Source of the DNA: Candidatus Babeliales bacterium
GTDB taxonomy: Bacteria; Babelota; Babeliae; Babelales; JACPOV01
Direction of reading: 5' to 3'
Assembly (NCBI GenBank): GCA_049692255.1
Contig: JBAVOR010000031.1
Location: 21,744 to 85,743, forward strand
DNA: 64,000 nt
Shown here: in pieces, positions 36,328 through 45,690 of the stretch
Position numbering within the stretch: position 1 is the stretch's first letter
How the letters are laid out: each line of letters opens with the position of its first letter
The notes under the pieces: generated by a model
Databases searched by the model: none
What the model was told of the DNA's origin: nothing
Seen by the model: only the letters and a program-made list of their open reading frames with translations
Program-made: the position numbers and the translations under genes

Positions 36328-37257
36328 ATGATGAAAAATATATCTAAAAAATTAATTTTGGCTCTCGCCTGCATAGGCGCGCTCCAGCCATTCACCACCC
36401 AAGCAGGGTATTTCTCAACAGAACATCTGCCTACGTGGTTGTCGTATGACAAGATATCAACAATGGCGAATGAACAGTATCAAAACATACAAACCCAGAT
36501 CGCCAATAGTGGTATTACTTGGAAAACTACCGGTATAGCTGTTGCGCTGGGGTTAGGGTACTACACATACAAAAATGCTGGTCCCTACGTTAATCTTACT
36601 AAATATACTGAAAAACCAGCATTCATGAGCTCACCAGCAATAATGATTAATGCAGGATTGGATTTTGTTGAAGGTATGGGCAAATTAATAACAGATGCAC
36701 CATCATACACCGTTGATGGCATAGCGTATCTGCATAACAAATTATATACACAGCCACGCATCGAAAAACAGATTATGGATCTCAACTGGAATAATCCATC
36801 TGGCCTGTTTGAGCATACTAGCGATCCCTTGAAACCTATATTACCTTCTATCTTAACGCAAAAACATTTTGCGTTAATAAAAGAAATGAAAGACTTATTT
36901 GTTATTATTGATAACTGCCTCCTTAAATTCTGCAGCCCAATTTCACGCTCATATCAATCAGATGGAATATTCAACACAGATAACATACAGATAAAAGCAA
37001 ATGTCACTTCAACGAATAGTACAGCGTTTGATGAAAAGACGAATCCGTTGATTAAAAGCTTACAAAAAGCTGCACCAGTCTTAAAAACATCACCGGACAC
37101 ACTCGAGTTTATACTCATTAATGAAATAAAAGGGCGAATTAAGCTCATTGAAACCGAAATAAATAAAAAATACTTGAACCATGATGTCCTTCAGGATTGC
37201 GCAAATCGCCTAAAAGCAGCTAAAAATGTGCTTGATCCCGAGATAAAGTTGCCATAA
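36328..37257 (+). CDS. Secreted/membrane-anchored protein (hypothetical)
   Basis: 309 aa. GGAG RBS. Signal peptide MMKNISKKLILALACIGALQPFTTQA. Gly-zipper TM WKTTGIAVALGLGYYTYK. Confidence 0.65.
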   Translation: MMKNISKKLILALACIGALQPFTTQAGYFSTEHLPTWLSYDKISTMANEQYQNIQTQIANSGITWKTTGIAVALGLGYYTYKNAGPYVNLTKYTEKPAFMSSPAIMINAGLDFVEGMGKLITDAPSYTVDGIAYLHNKLYTQPRIEKQIMDLNWNNPSGLFEHTSDPLKPILPSILTQKHFALIKEMKDLFVIIDNCLLKFCSPISRSYQSDGIFNTDNIQIKANVTSTNSTAFDEKTNPLIKSLQKAAPVLKTSPDTLEFILINEIKGRIKLIETEINKKYLNHDVLQDCANRLKAAKNVLDPEIKLP

Positions 37258-37338
37258 TAGCACCCTTGATTGCAACTTGAAATCAATGCGTTACAATTAA
37301 GCTATTATTAATATAAACAACTATAATTTGAGCATCTC

Positions 37339-37803
37339 ATGAATACAAAATTAATTTCTCTTCGTATCATCGCTTTCCTCTCTCTAACAGTACCCGCCCT
37401 ATGCCCCATTGCACGCGGCATGGAGCAAGGGACTGGAAACAGCATCAGCAAAGCCTTGGCACAAAAAGCATTGTACGCACCAAAGTTGATCGCAACGAAA
37501 ATGTATGAACACCCGTGGTACACCTTCTTTGGAGCATCAACCCTTCTTACAGCAGGGTATATTGGTCTATTTGTATACAGAGAAATTAAAGGGGTTCGCG
37601 CAATTGCCCGCAAAGGCCAACAACAAGAAACAATAAGTACTCCTCAAAGCAACAATGCATCAAACCTACTCAATCAACTGTTGCAGCCTTCAAAAAAGCT
37701 TATTACCCTAACCGATCTCCAAAAAGCTTTAGATCAACTGCAAGAACAAAAGATAAAAGACAGCTACAAAAAAAGAGAATTTATTAAAGCAGAAATAGCC
37801 TAA
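37339..37803 (+). CDS. Secreted/membrane-anchored protein (hypothetical)
   Basis: 154 aa. Signal peptide MNTKLISLRIIAFLSLTVPALCPIARG. TM FFGASTLLTAGYIGLFVYREIK. Helical tail. Confidence 0.6.
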   Translation: MNTKLISLRIIAFLSLTVPALCPIARGMEQGTGNSISKALAQKALYAPKLIATKMYEHPWYTFFGASTLLTAGYIGLFVYREIKGVRAIARKGQQQETISTPQSNNASNLLNQLLQPSKKLITLTDLQKALDQLQEQKIKDSYKKREFIKAEIA

Positions 37804-38209
37804 ATTTATCGATAAATTCATAATCTATTTACAATCAGAATAACAATCCGCTGCGCTAATAGATCAGAATAACCTTCCCGAAAAGCTCCTTACGTACATT
37901 ATTCAAAACGCCACAAAAGAAATAATACAATGCCTGCGGAAAGGGGATTTTGCTGCTGCAGAAAATTGGAAAAAAATGTACGTGAATGCACAAATACTCG
38001 TCAATCACCAGGAAGTTCTCTAGTAATAGCCCAAAACACATCAAAATGCCCCAAATTCCTCATTTTACCCCCCATAGAACCCCTAGATTTTAAATCTAGC
38101 CAAGGCCCCGCTAAGGGCTAAAACTCCTCATTTTATACCCTTAAAAACACCCTGAACCCGAGCGCCTGCGGCAAACCATGAAAAAAAGCCGTAAAACAAG
38201 GGGGAATCT

Positions 38210-38237
38210 TGACAAAAAAGCAAAAATCTTTACAATT
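38210..38237 (+). promoter_or_regulatory. Sigma70-like promoter for 38279..39910
   Basis: TTGACA - 16 nt - TACAAT, about 40 nt upstream of ATG 38279. Confidence 0.5.
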
Positions 38238-38278
38238 AGAATAAAGTGTATATTGAAATTATTATGGAGATCAAGATT

Positions 38279-39910
38279 ATGAATACACAATTAATGGCTA
38301 AAAAAATCACTACTATAACTGCTCTAGTTTTATTGGGTATGCACCAAGCGCAAGCCGTGCAAAACCCAAGATGGCTTGAAGGCTTAAGTCCAAGCCTTCA
38401 ACTCGAAAAAATTAAAAATTTCCCTACAGATTTCGGTCATTTTGCTGCCAAAACAACAGCCAATACCTCCTTTGAATCTGCTGGTAAATACGTTGAAAAA
38501 AATCCAGGAAAAGTTCTTGGTGTTACAGCAGCAACGGGACTAACAGGATTCGGCTTATACCGCGCGTGGTATGGCTTAAAATCATACGTTGCAGATAGAA
38601 TAGAAAAAAAGTTATCATTTATTAGAGTAACATCACCTGAAAGTTTTTATCAAGCACCCACCGCATCTACTGATTCTATAGACCATCGCTATACAGGTAG
38701 TAGCAGTAACTCAGATGAACAAGTTAACATCAACAACAATAGTGCACCTACTCATGATGTTTCACAAGCACCCATAAGCAAAAAGCGCGCAAAAAAAGCC
38801 CTAAAAGCCGTTATAGGAAATCTTTTAGCGCACATCCAGCAACTTCCGGAAAAAGAATTAGCTGAACTACTGGCGTTCGCTACAAACGCCAATGACAATA
38901 GCAACGATTCAAATAATAACACAGCGTCAATTTCAGGATCATTCAACGCGAATGACAATAGCGGTAATTACAATGTTGTAGATATGGAAGTTGATAATGG
39001 AAGTGCTGACGAACATAGGAAGCTAAAAGAAAAAAATATAATAGGATATCGTGGCACAAGAAGCAATACATCTAGACAAAAATTCTTTAACCAAAATAAT
39101 ACAGAAGAATCTAAAGAAGAAGTAGAAGAAGACTTTGTTGAGGTCGTTACAAAAGATGACATCGTTCCGTTTCCCGAGAATCAGGAAGATAAAAGACAAT
39201 CAATACTGCAAACAGGCAGAATTGTTGATAATAAGTTGAGTATCAACCATCATAACAATATTATTTCTCATCCTTTACAAGATACTGACGCAAGTTCACC
39301 ACTTAATCAGACCAAAACAGAACATAGTACTAATTCTGCAAAAGATTGGTGGAATCCGGCTGGAATTTTCACTCAGTTGCCATTGAGTACTGATTCACTA
39401 AAACTCGATAATGGGCAACTATCTTATCTTAAAAACTTGCTTGCGCGATGCGATCAAGAATTAAAGCAATACATGGATACCGCATCTGTCCCTGATAATA
39501 TGGAAAAATCTGTCACCAACAAGTTTGATTTTAAAAAAGAGCATGAAAAGAATTTTGATCCAACAAATCCCTTAGAGTTGACTTTCTTAGAGTCAGAATT
39601 TAATCAATTTAAAAACAATATCGGTGAATTTATTCTCCAGAACGCGCAAACACAAAAGTCAGCTTTGCAATTCATTGAAAAACATTGCAGAAACCGCTTG
39701 GTTACCATAGAAGCTATTAAAAATCATTTTGGAGATTCTTTAGGCAGCGCGGCTAATTCTGACGAACATAATTCAATCAACAGGCTATTGAAAATAGAAA
39801 GATCATTATCTGAACTTGCAACAAGTTGCTCAAAATTGATAAAACCACCTGTAGCGAAACAGAACTTGTTCTCTCAATTCTTGGCATTCTTTACTCGTAA
39901 CAAAAAATAG
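38279..39910 (+). CDS. Secreted/membrane-anchored N/S/D-rich protein (hypothetical)
   Basis: ORF 38246..39910. ATG 38279 is preceded by GGAGA. Signal peptide MNTQLMAKKITTITALVLLGMHQAQA. TM LGVTAATGLTGFGLYRAWY. Asn-rich low-complexity region NDNSNDSNNNTASISGSFNANDNSGNYN. Confidence 0.7.
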   Translation: MNTQLMAKKITTITALVLLGMHQAQAVQNPRWLEGLSPSLQLEKIKNFPTDFGHFAAKTTANTSFESAGKYVEKNPGKVLGVTAATGLTGFGLYRAWYGLKSYVADRIEKKLSFIRVTSPESFYQAPTASTDSIDHRYTGSSSNSDEQVNINNNSAPTHDVSQAPISKKRAKKALKAVIGNLLAHIQQLPEKELAELLAFATNANDNSNDSNNNTASISGSFNANDNSGNYNVVDMEVDNGSADEHRKLKEKNIIGYRGTRSNTSRQKFFNQNNTEESKEEVEEDFVEVVTKDDIVPFPENQEDKRQSILQTGRIVDNKLSINHHNNIISHPLQDTDASSPLNQTKTEHSTNSAKDWWNPAGIFTQLPLSTDSLKLDNGQLSYLKNLLARCDQELKQYMDTASVPDNMEKSVTNKFDFKKEHEKNFDPTNPLELTFLESEFNQFKNNIGEFILQNAQTQKSALQFIEKHCRNRLVTIEAIKNHFGDSLGSAANSDEHNSINRLLKIERSLSELATSCSKLIKPPVAKQNLFSQFLAFFTRNKK

Positions 39911-39966
39911 TGGCAATAATACAAAATAATCAATCAACGTTGTATTCATCTTGATCCAAATTACGC

Positions 39967-39999
39967 GGGATTGCTTGTAACAAGCAGTCCCGTTTTTAT
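39967..39999 (+). terminator. Rho-independent terminator
   Basis: 11-bp stem gggattgcttg / caagcagtccc (one G-U pair), 3-nt loop, followed by GTTTTTATTTT. Confidence 0.7.
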
Positions 40000-40072
40000 T
40001 TTACCTCTTCCCTTGTCTTTAACTTCCTATTTTTGATACGGTTACTAGTGTATCAAGCCATACGAGGAACGT

Positions 40073-40330
40073 ATGAAAAAACCGGTTATTGTTTTTATTG
40101 CGGTTCAAGGAATATTGCTGCTGACGCAGATTCATAAACATAGTTCTTTTGTGCAACACTCATTTGCTTTGCAAAGAACAGAAAAAGCAAAACAAGAGTT
40201 GGTGCATAAAAAAAATAAACTTTTACAAGCACTCCATGAAAAAACCAACCTAAGCACGATAGAAAAGGAAGCGCTGGCACACGGCATGCAAAAAGCGCGG
40301 CTTAAAAATATTAAGCAGGTGCACACATGA
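40073..40330 (+). CDS. FtsL-like cell-division protein (single TM plus coiled coil)
   Basis: 85 aa. TM VIVFIAVQGILLLTQI followed by a helical K/E/L-rich segment. Lies immediately upstream of ftsI with an ATGA overlap, the conserved ftsL position. Confidence 0.5.
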   Translation: MKKPVIVFIAVQGILLLTQIHKHSSFVQHSFALQRTEKAKQELVHKKNKLLQALHEKTNLSTIEKEALAHGMQKARLKNIKQVHT

Positions 40331-41976
40331 CCGACGCATACAAGTTTCGCTCTTCTCTTATTTTTGTCTGTTGCTTGCTCGCCTACAGCGCGTTGATCTG
40401 TGCACTCTATTACACGCAAATTGCACAACACGCATTTTATGTATCATTGGGCAGTCAGCAATATGATGTTAAAACCACTGCATGGCCCGAGCGTGCATCT
40501 ATTCTTGATTGTAAAGGGCGCACTGTTGCACTCAACAGCCGTGCACTGTCTGCATTTGTGGTACCCAATCAAATTAAAGATAAAAAGAAGTTACATGCCT
40601 TTTTACGTGCCCATTTTCCTGCAGCTCTCAAACGGTTACACGAACATACAAACAGTTCATTTATGTTTATTAAACGGCGATTGAATGAACAAGAACAAGC
40701 ACTCATACAAAAACAATGTAGCGAAGATATTCATCTGCTAGAAGAACCAACCCGTTACTACCCTGCTCATTCGTTGGCGTCTATAGTCGGTATTACCGAT
40801 ATAGACAATAAGGGGTTGTTTGGCATAGAAAAAATATACAATGGTCGGTTAGCCGGCTCACCGACCACCTACGCATTAGAAAGAGATGCTCGCTCCGGCC
40901 ATTTTTATTTTAACCGCTCTACTACACAGCAGGGCAAACAGCCAGAACCTATTACTCTTACCATCGACGCACAGTTGCAACATTTTGCCTTCTCGCACCT
41001 ACAACAGACGGTTCAACAATGGGAGGCAAAAGAAGGAGCCGTGCTCATCATAGACCCCAGTACAGGGGGGCTTTTAGCTATGGCACAATATCCATCGCCA
41101 GACCCGCACCATTTAAGCCTCGATGATCAACGGCATGTAAATAATAAGGCATTGACCGATGCGTATGAGTTGGGCTCGGTAATGAAAGTGTGCACTGCAT
41201 TAGCAGCACTGGATGAAAAAGTAGTCAGCTTAGAAGAACCAATCGACTGCTTAGATCAAAAAGAAGGATTTATCAACGGGTTTAAAATAAGCACTTGGCG
41301 CGCGCATGGCGTATTACCATTTAGCAAAGTCATTGAACTATCAAACAATTTTGGCATAGTTACCGTCGCTTTACGCTTGGGCACCAAACTGTATGACCAT
41401 TACCGCCGCATAGGGTTCGGCACCAAAACAGCACTCCGCTGGCCTGGCGAACAGAACGGCTTTGTTAATCCGCCTAAACTGTGGTCGCGCCGCTCGATTA
41501 TCTCTTTATCATTTGGATACGAAATCACCGCCACCCTTGCGCAACTGGCACAACTATTTGTACTGATTGCCAACAGAGGTATTGCGCGCGATTTACGCAT
41601 AATAACAGATGCAACACCATCACCAGAACGGCGACTGTACAGTACCGATACCATAGACCAGTTACGCACTATCTTAGAGCGCACGGTTTCGCAGGGCACT
41701 GCGCGCAAAGCATCGGTAGCGCAATATTCATTAACCAACGAAGTAAAAATATTGGGCAAAACAGGAACCGCTAACTTAGTAATTGATGGGGTCTATCAAC
41801 CCACCCATGACACTTACACCTTTGCCTGCAGTGTAGAAAAGGGGGACTATAAACGGGTAATTGTCACATTTATAAAAGAGGTGGCACAAACCAAAGATAT
41901 CTATGCGTCATCAGTAGCGGTGCCACTAGCAGAAAAAATAATTGAAGATATGATTCTGTACGAGAAACAATTTTAG
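40327..41976 (+). CDS. ftsI: Penicillin-binding protein 3-type transpeptidase (FtsI/PBP2 class B)
   Basis: 549 aa. N-terminal TM, then SxxK (GSVMK), SxN (LSNN) and KTG (GKTGTA) transpeptidase motifs. Confidence 0.85.
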   Translation: MTDAYKFRSSLIFVCCLLAYSALICALYYTQIAQHAFYVSLGSQQYDVKTTAWPERASILDCKGRTVALNSRALSAFVVPNQIKDKKKLHAFLRAHFPAALKRLHEHTNSSFMFIKRRLNEQEQALIQKQCSEDIHLLEEPTRYYPAHSLASIVGITDIDNKGLFGIEKIYNGRLAGSPTTYALERDARSGHFYFNRSTTQQGKQPEPITLTIDAQLQHFAFSHLQQTVQQWEAKEGAVLIIDPSTGGLLAMAQYPSPDPHHLSLDDQRHVNNKALTDAYELGSVMKVCTALAALDEKVVSLEEPIDCLDQKEGFINGFKISTWRAHGVLPFSKVIELSNNFGIVTVALRLGTKLYDHYRRIGFGTKTALRWPGEQNGFVNPPKLWSRRSIISLSFGYEITATLAQLAQLFVLIANRGIARDLRIITDATPSPERRLYSTDTIDQLRTILERTVSQGTARKASVAQYSLTNEVKILGKTGTANLVIDGVYQPTHDTYTFACSVEKGDYKRVIVTFIKEVAQTKDIYASSVAVPLAEKIIEDMILYEKQF

Positions 41977-41979
41977 GAT

Positions 41980-42043
41980 GCGCTCGACACCCTTCGATAC
42001 ACCCAACTTCGCTGTAAGCTCGTTGGGCACTCAGGGCGAGCGC
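41980..42043. repeat. Family-B palindromic element, copy B4 (long form)
   Basis: gcgctcgacacccttcgatacacccaacttcgctgtaagctcgttgggcactcagggcgagcgc. Starts 3 nt after the ftsI stop. Confidence 0.8.
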
Positions 42044-42134
42044 AGTTTACGCTATTTTGCAAATAAACTCTCATTAATCTCTTCAATTATAATCCAGCAA
42101 CTGACGCACTTCTTCTCAAACAAATTGTACATAC

Positions 42135-42186
42135 GCGCTCATCCTGAGTGCCACTCGGAGAGTGGCGTATCGAAGGACATGAGCGC
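42135..42186. repeat. Family-B palindromic element, copy B5 (52 bp, inverted orientation)
   Basis: gcgctcatcctgagtgccactcggagagtggcgtatcgaaggacatgagcgc. Confidence 0.8.
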
Positions 42187-42272
42187 CTTTCAATTGACTT
42201 AAATACGTACCAGTGCCACATTAATTATAATTAACTACACCTGGTTAGTTTCAAAAAAAGGGATAGTCTTCT

Positions 42273-43772
42273 ATGAAGAAAGTGGCACTCATTCTGCTAG
42301 TCACCGCATCTGTATTTGCCGATGAACATTATTTCCCCCTCGGTCGCCCGCTCTTTTTTGCACCAGCAAAAGATCGTCGCCAGGAAGCTACTGGTCAATC
42401 ATTTATGTTCACCCGCCCTATTCATGACAATATTGCGGCAAAATATGCATCGTTTTGGCATGAAGCATTATGGGAAAAACAGGGTTGTTGGGGCTTCAGC
42501 GTGCAGATTGTTCCTCTGTACCAAAAAAATATGGCTAACAGCAGCAATGCACGATACTTTTTTATTGATCATACTGACACCCTTACCATTCGCGGTGACG
42601 CTATTTCAGAAAACCCAAACGTGCGCATGATACGCGCTGAATGGCTCAATCTGCCCAGTAACTTTTTTGGCACCCTCCGCATTGCTCCGCATCAACACCA
42701 GTTTGGCATTTGGGTTGAAGCGAGCCAAGATATTAAAACGTTTATTAACCACCCGTTCTTAGACAATATTTGGGTAGCGGTGGCATTTCCATTTCAAACG
42801 GCAACTACTAATTTAAAGCCAAAATCGATTACATTTCAAACAGAAGAGAACGTGTTTCCTTCAACTCCAATAGAAGCGTTTAATCGGGGGAATATGATCT
42901 TTGGCAAAATCAAAGAAGATCACAGCAGCCGCTCAGGTATTTGCGAAGTCCATTTTCGTTTAGGTACCACGTTTGTGGCCCGTGATGGCTTTGTTGCGGG
43001 ACTGTATAGTTCAATTATTGCACCCACCTTTAATCCTCAACGCGCTGAATATATGTTTAGTCCGTTTTTGGGCCATAATGGGCACTGGGGCTTAGGTGCT
43101 GGCGCTTACCTTCAATTACCATTAAATATTGATACAGAAGATAAGTTGATGAGCTTCTTTTTGGAGATCGATAACCAATATCTCTTACGTAATTTTCAAT
43201 GGCGCACGTTTGATCTCGTGCAAAAACCGTTTAGCCGATATCTCCTGTTAAACAAAAATGATGGCACTACCAACATCCCTGCCGTGAACATATTTACCCA
43301 ACGAGTCAAAGTACAACCATTCAATTTTGTTGATATGGCGGTCGGTTTCCGCTTTAACTGGCACCGCTACGAAGCAGAGATTGCGTATAACTTATGGGCA
43401 CATGGCGATGAATATCTTTCACTCAAACACCATTTTGAGCCAGAATATGGCATCCAAGGTAATGGCGCTTTAATTCCTGGCACCAACATTGGTGTAACGG
43501 CGAGCCATAGTACCATTAGTACTCTTGCACCCAATGATACTGATTTTTTTGGTAATCCTATTTTTGTGCCAATTCATGAATATGATTTTGATTTTATTAC
43601 CGCAAGTGCCCGCGGTGCAGTGGCGCACCGCGCTAGCTTTGCATTTGGCTTTATTCACGACCAATGTAGCTTTGCCCTGTTTGCAGGGCTTGGTGCATTT
43701 GCAGAACTTTCGCAACGCAACACCGCATTAAATAACTGGGGAATCTGGGGCAAGGCAGGAGGAACGTTTTAA
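42273..43772 (+). CDS. Putative outer-membrane beta-barrel protein
   Basis: 499 aa. Signal peptide MKKVALILLVTASVFA. Alternating aromatic/Gly-rich strands. C-terminus ...WGKAGGTF ends in the terminal Phe typical of OMPs. Confidence 0.6.
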   Translation: MKKVALILLVTASVFADEHYFPLGRPLFFAPAKDRRQEATGQSFMFTRPIHDNIAAKYASFWHEALWEKQGCWGFSVQIVPLYQKNMANSSNARYFFIDHTDTLTIRGDAISENPNVRMIRAEWLNLPSNFFGTLRIAPHQHQFGIWVEASQDIKTFINHPFLDNIWVAVAFPFQTATTNLKPKSITFQTEENVFPSTPIEAFNRGNMIFGKIKEDHSSRSGICEVHFRLGTTFVARDGFVAGLYSSIIAPTFNPQRAEYMFSPFLGHNGHWGLGAGAYLQLPLNIDTEDKLMSFFLEIDNQYLLRNFQWRTFDLVQKPFSRYLLLNKNDGTTNIPAVNIFTQRVKVQPFNFVDMAVGFRFNWHRYEAEIAYNLWAHGDEYLSLKHHFEPEYGIQGNGALIPGTNIGVTASHSTISTLAPNDTDFFGNPIFVPIHEYDFDFITASARGAVAHRASFAFGFIHDQCSFALFAGLGAFAELSQRNTALNNWGIWGKAGGTF

Positions 43773-43820
43773 ATAACGAAAAACGCGCCACGCATTTTTC
43801 GTGAAAATGGAATACAGGCA

Positions 43821-43898
43821 GCGCTCATGCCTTTAGTGTTCGCCAAAGGCTGCGACGTGTCCCGCTATGGCATTGCAGCGGCAGAAGGACATGAGCGC
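43821..43898. repeat. Family-B-related palindromic element, copy B6 (78 bp, divergent core)
   Basis: gcgctcatgcc...ggcagaaggacatgagcgc. Shares the GCGCTCATG / CATGAGCGC termini. Confidence 0.6.
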
Positions 43899-43925
43899 AA
43901 TAATTAATAAAATTGGGAGTAACTA

Positions 43926-45212
43926 ATGAATAAGAATTTTTTGAAAATACTATCACTTGTGCTCATACAGTGCTATGGCACACAACTTGATGCATTTTCT
44001 TTTTTTAGAGGAACAACGGATTTACCAGAAGCAACAATTTCAGATGCATCAAAAAATCTTACTCGAGCACTCATTCCAAAATATCCATGGCAAAAGGTTG
44101 ATGACAATAAAGTAACCACTGCACAAACAAATTTTACCACTGCAGCACAATCCAATCCTCAACGAGCTGGTGGTGCACTTAAAGTACTTGTAGATAAATA
44201 CCAAGAAGAAGGCATCAAGAATGCCGATGATGCAGCAAAATTGAATATGTTATACGAAGTGTTATTAGATACAAAACCTAACGCGAACAGTCAAAAAACG
44301 TATCGTGAATTAATACAAAACATAATAGACGAAAAACCCTATTATTCAGAAATGGACGCAATTAATGCGCTTCTGAAGAATCCATTACATGATGCAAGTA
44401 AATCGATATCTGGCAATTACATAGATAAACCACACACCAGTGGGGACTATTTGTTGAATGCGCGGATGCTACTCGATGCGCCTGAGGTCGATTCATTGCT
44501 GGCAAAGGCCCACTATCAAAGACCGTCATGGTTTGAAGAGTACCGTGATGCAAAGCTCACAACATATGCACCAGAATCAAAAGCACAATCGCTAGCACCA
44601 AAACTATCAGTGTCTGCAGAAACAGTTCCGTTAACATCTGCGAACTTTGAACCAGCAATTGTGCAAAAAGTATCGTCATCGGACATCGATATTGAGATGT
44701 TGCCTCAGGCAGAAGAACAAGTACCGCCAGTGCCAATAGTGGCACCTCAAGAATCAGCAGTATCGCAACAAAAAACAGCTGCCATTTTTGACCCATCATT
44801 ACAATTACCCAAAGCGACAGAGCTTGCACAACAGCCTGAACGATTCGCACAGCTCAATACATTATTGAATGCAGGGCTAAAAGAATATGCAGATGAAATA
44901 GAGACTTATGAGAAAGAGCTAGAGCAAAGAGCCAAAGTAGAAGCGCAAAAAAAGAGAAAAAAAATAACACAGGATATTACGTATAATGAGATATTAAAAG
45001 AGCTGATTAGCAAAAGCGTAACAGCAGAAGGCAGGCTATTAAAAGCAATAGGTGATAAAACGAAATTGAACCAACCCACAGAAGCAGACAGAAACCAACT
45101 CAAAAAACAAGAACAAAAAACACAAGAACTAAGACGTCTTTTTCGAGTCTTAGATTTATTAGAAAGGGCATCGGATCAAAATAAGACATTGACGGTCACA
45201 ATCGATATATAA
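43926..45212 (+). CDS. Secreted helical protein (hypothetical)
   Basis: 428 aa. GGGAG RBS. Signal peptide MNKNFLKILSLVLIQCYGTQLDA. C-terminal K/E/Q-rich coiled coil. Confidence 0.65.
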   Translation: MNKNFLKILSLVLIQCYGTQLDAFSFFRGTTDLPEATISDASKNLTRALIPKYPWQKVDDNKVTTAQTNFTTAAQSNPQRAGGALKVLVDKYQEEGIKNADDAAKLNMLYEVLLDTKPNANSQKTYRELIQNIIDEKPYYSEMDAINALLKNPLHDASKSISGNYIDKPHTSGDYLLNARMLLDAPEVDSLLAKAHYQRPSWFEEYRDAKLTTYAPESKAQSLAPKLSVSAETVPLTSANFEPAIVQKVSSSDIDIEMLPQAEEQVPPVPIVAPQESAVSQQKTAAIFDPSLQLPKATELAQQPERFAQLNTLLNAGLKEYADEIETYEKELEQRAKVEAQKKRKKITQDITYNEILKELISKSVTAEGRLLKAIGDKTKLNQPTEADRNQLKKQEQKTQELRRLFRVLDLLERASDQNKTLTVTIDI

Positions 45213-45238
45213 ATATACGTAACTTCACTGTCACCACA

Positions 45239-45604
45239 ATGTACGAAGAAGCTAAAAGACAATGGCAACCAACTGAACAAGAAACGCAAGAACGAATAAA
45301 CAAATCTACTGATTGGAAATCGTATTACCTGAGAAATGTTGTTGATATCGCAGCCACCTGCGGTATTGCGTATGCTTGCTACCACAAATGGTTCAAGCGA
45401 TAGGGGATTCATAAAACATGGCTCCTCTATTACCAGCAAAATAATATCCACACCATCGATGAAATAAAAGCATGTCAATCAACCATTAGTGAGGTGCGTG
45501 CTCGTATAGGCATTGATTGGCACAATGTTATTGACGGCGTTACCGTAGGCAGCATCTTAGCAGGCGCGAGTTATTACTGTTACCATACATGGCTTGATGA
45601 CTAA
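45239..45604 (+). pseudogene. Small ORF interrupted by an in-frame TAG (54 codons + TAG + 66 codons); internally duplicated TM motif
   Basis: Manual translation gives MYEEAKRQWQPTEQETQERINKSTDWKSYYLRNVVDIAATCGIAYACYHKWFKR*GIHKTWLLYYQQNNIHTIDEIKACQSTISEVRARIGIDWHNVIDGVTVGSILAGASYYCYHTWLDD*. TAG at 45401..45403. Not in the ORF track because both halves are under 60 aa. Confidence 0.4.
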
Positions 45605-45690
45605 AATAACCCATATTATTGCTTTTTTGTCGCAAATATATACTATAAGAATATATTTGTATATTTTTTTACTATAGGTATTACCTCCAT

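Noticed and set aside
37856-38121. ORFs 37856..38044 (-) and 37930..38121 (+)
   Set aside because: They are short, overlap each other, have no RBS and have odd composition. The region is better explained as a decayed gene plus promoter region (see the finding for 37804..38278).
45176-45478. 100-aa minus-strand ORF
   Set aside because: It overlaps the end of 43926..45212 and the small plus-strand TM-motif gene. It has no RBS, and the plus-strand reading shows motif conservation with 45691..46890.
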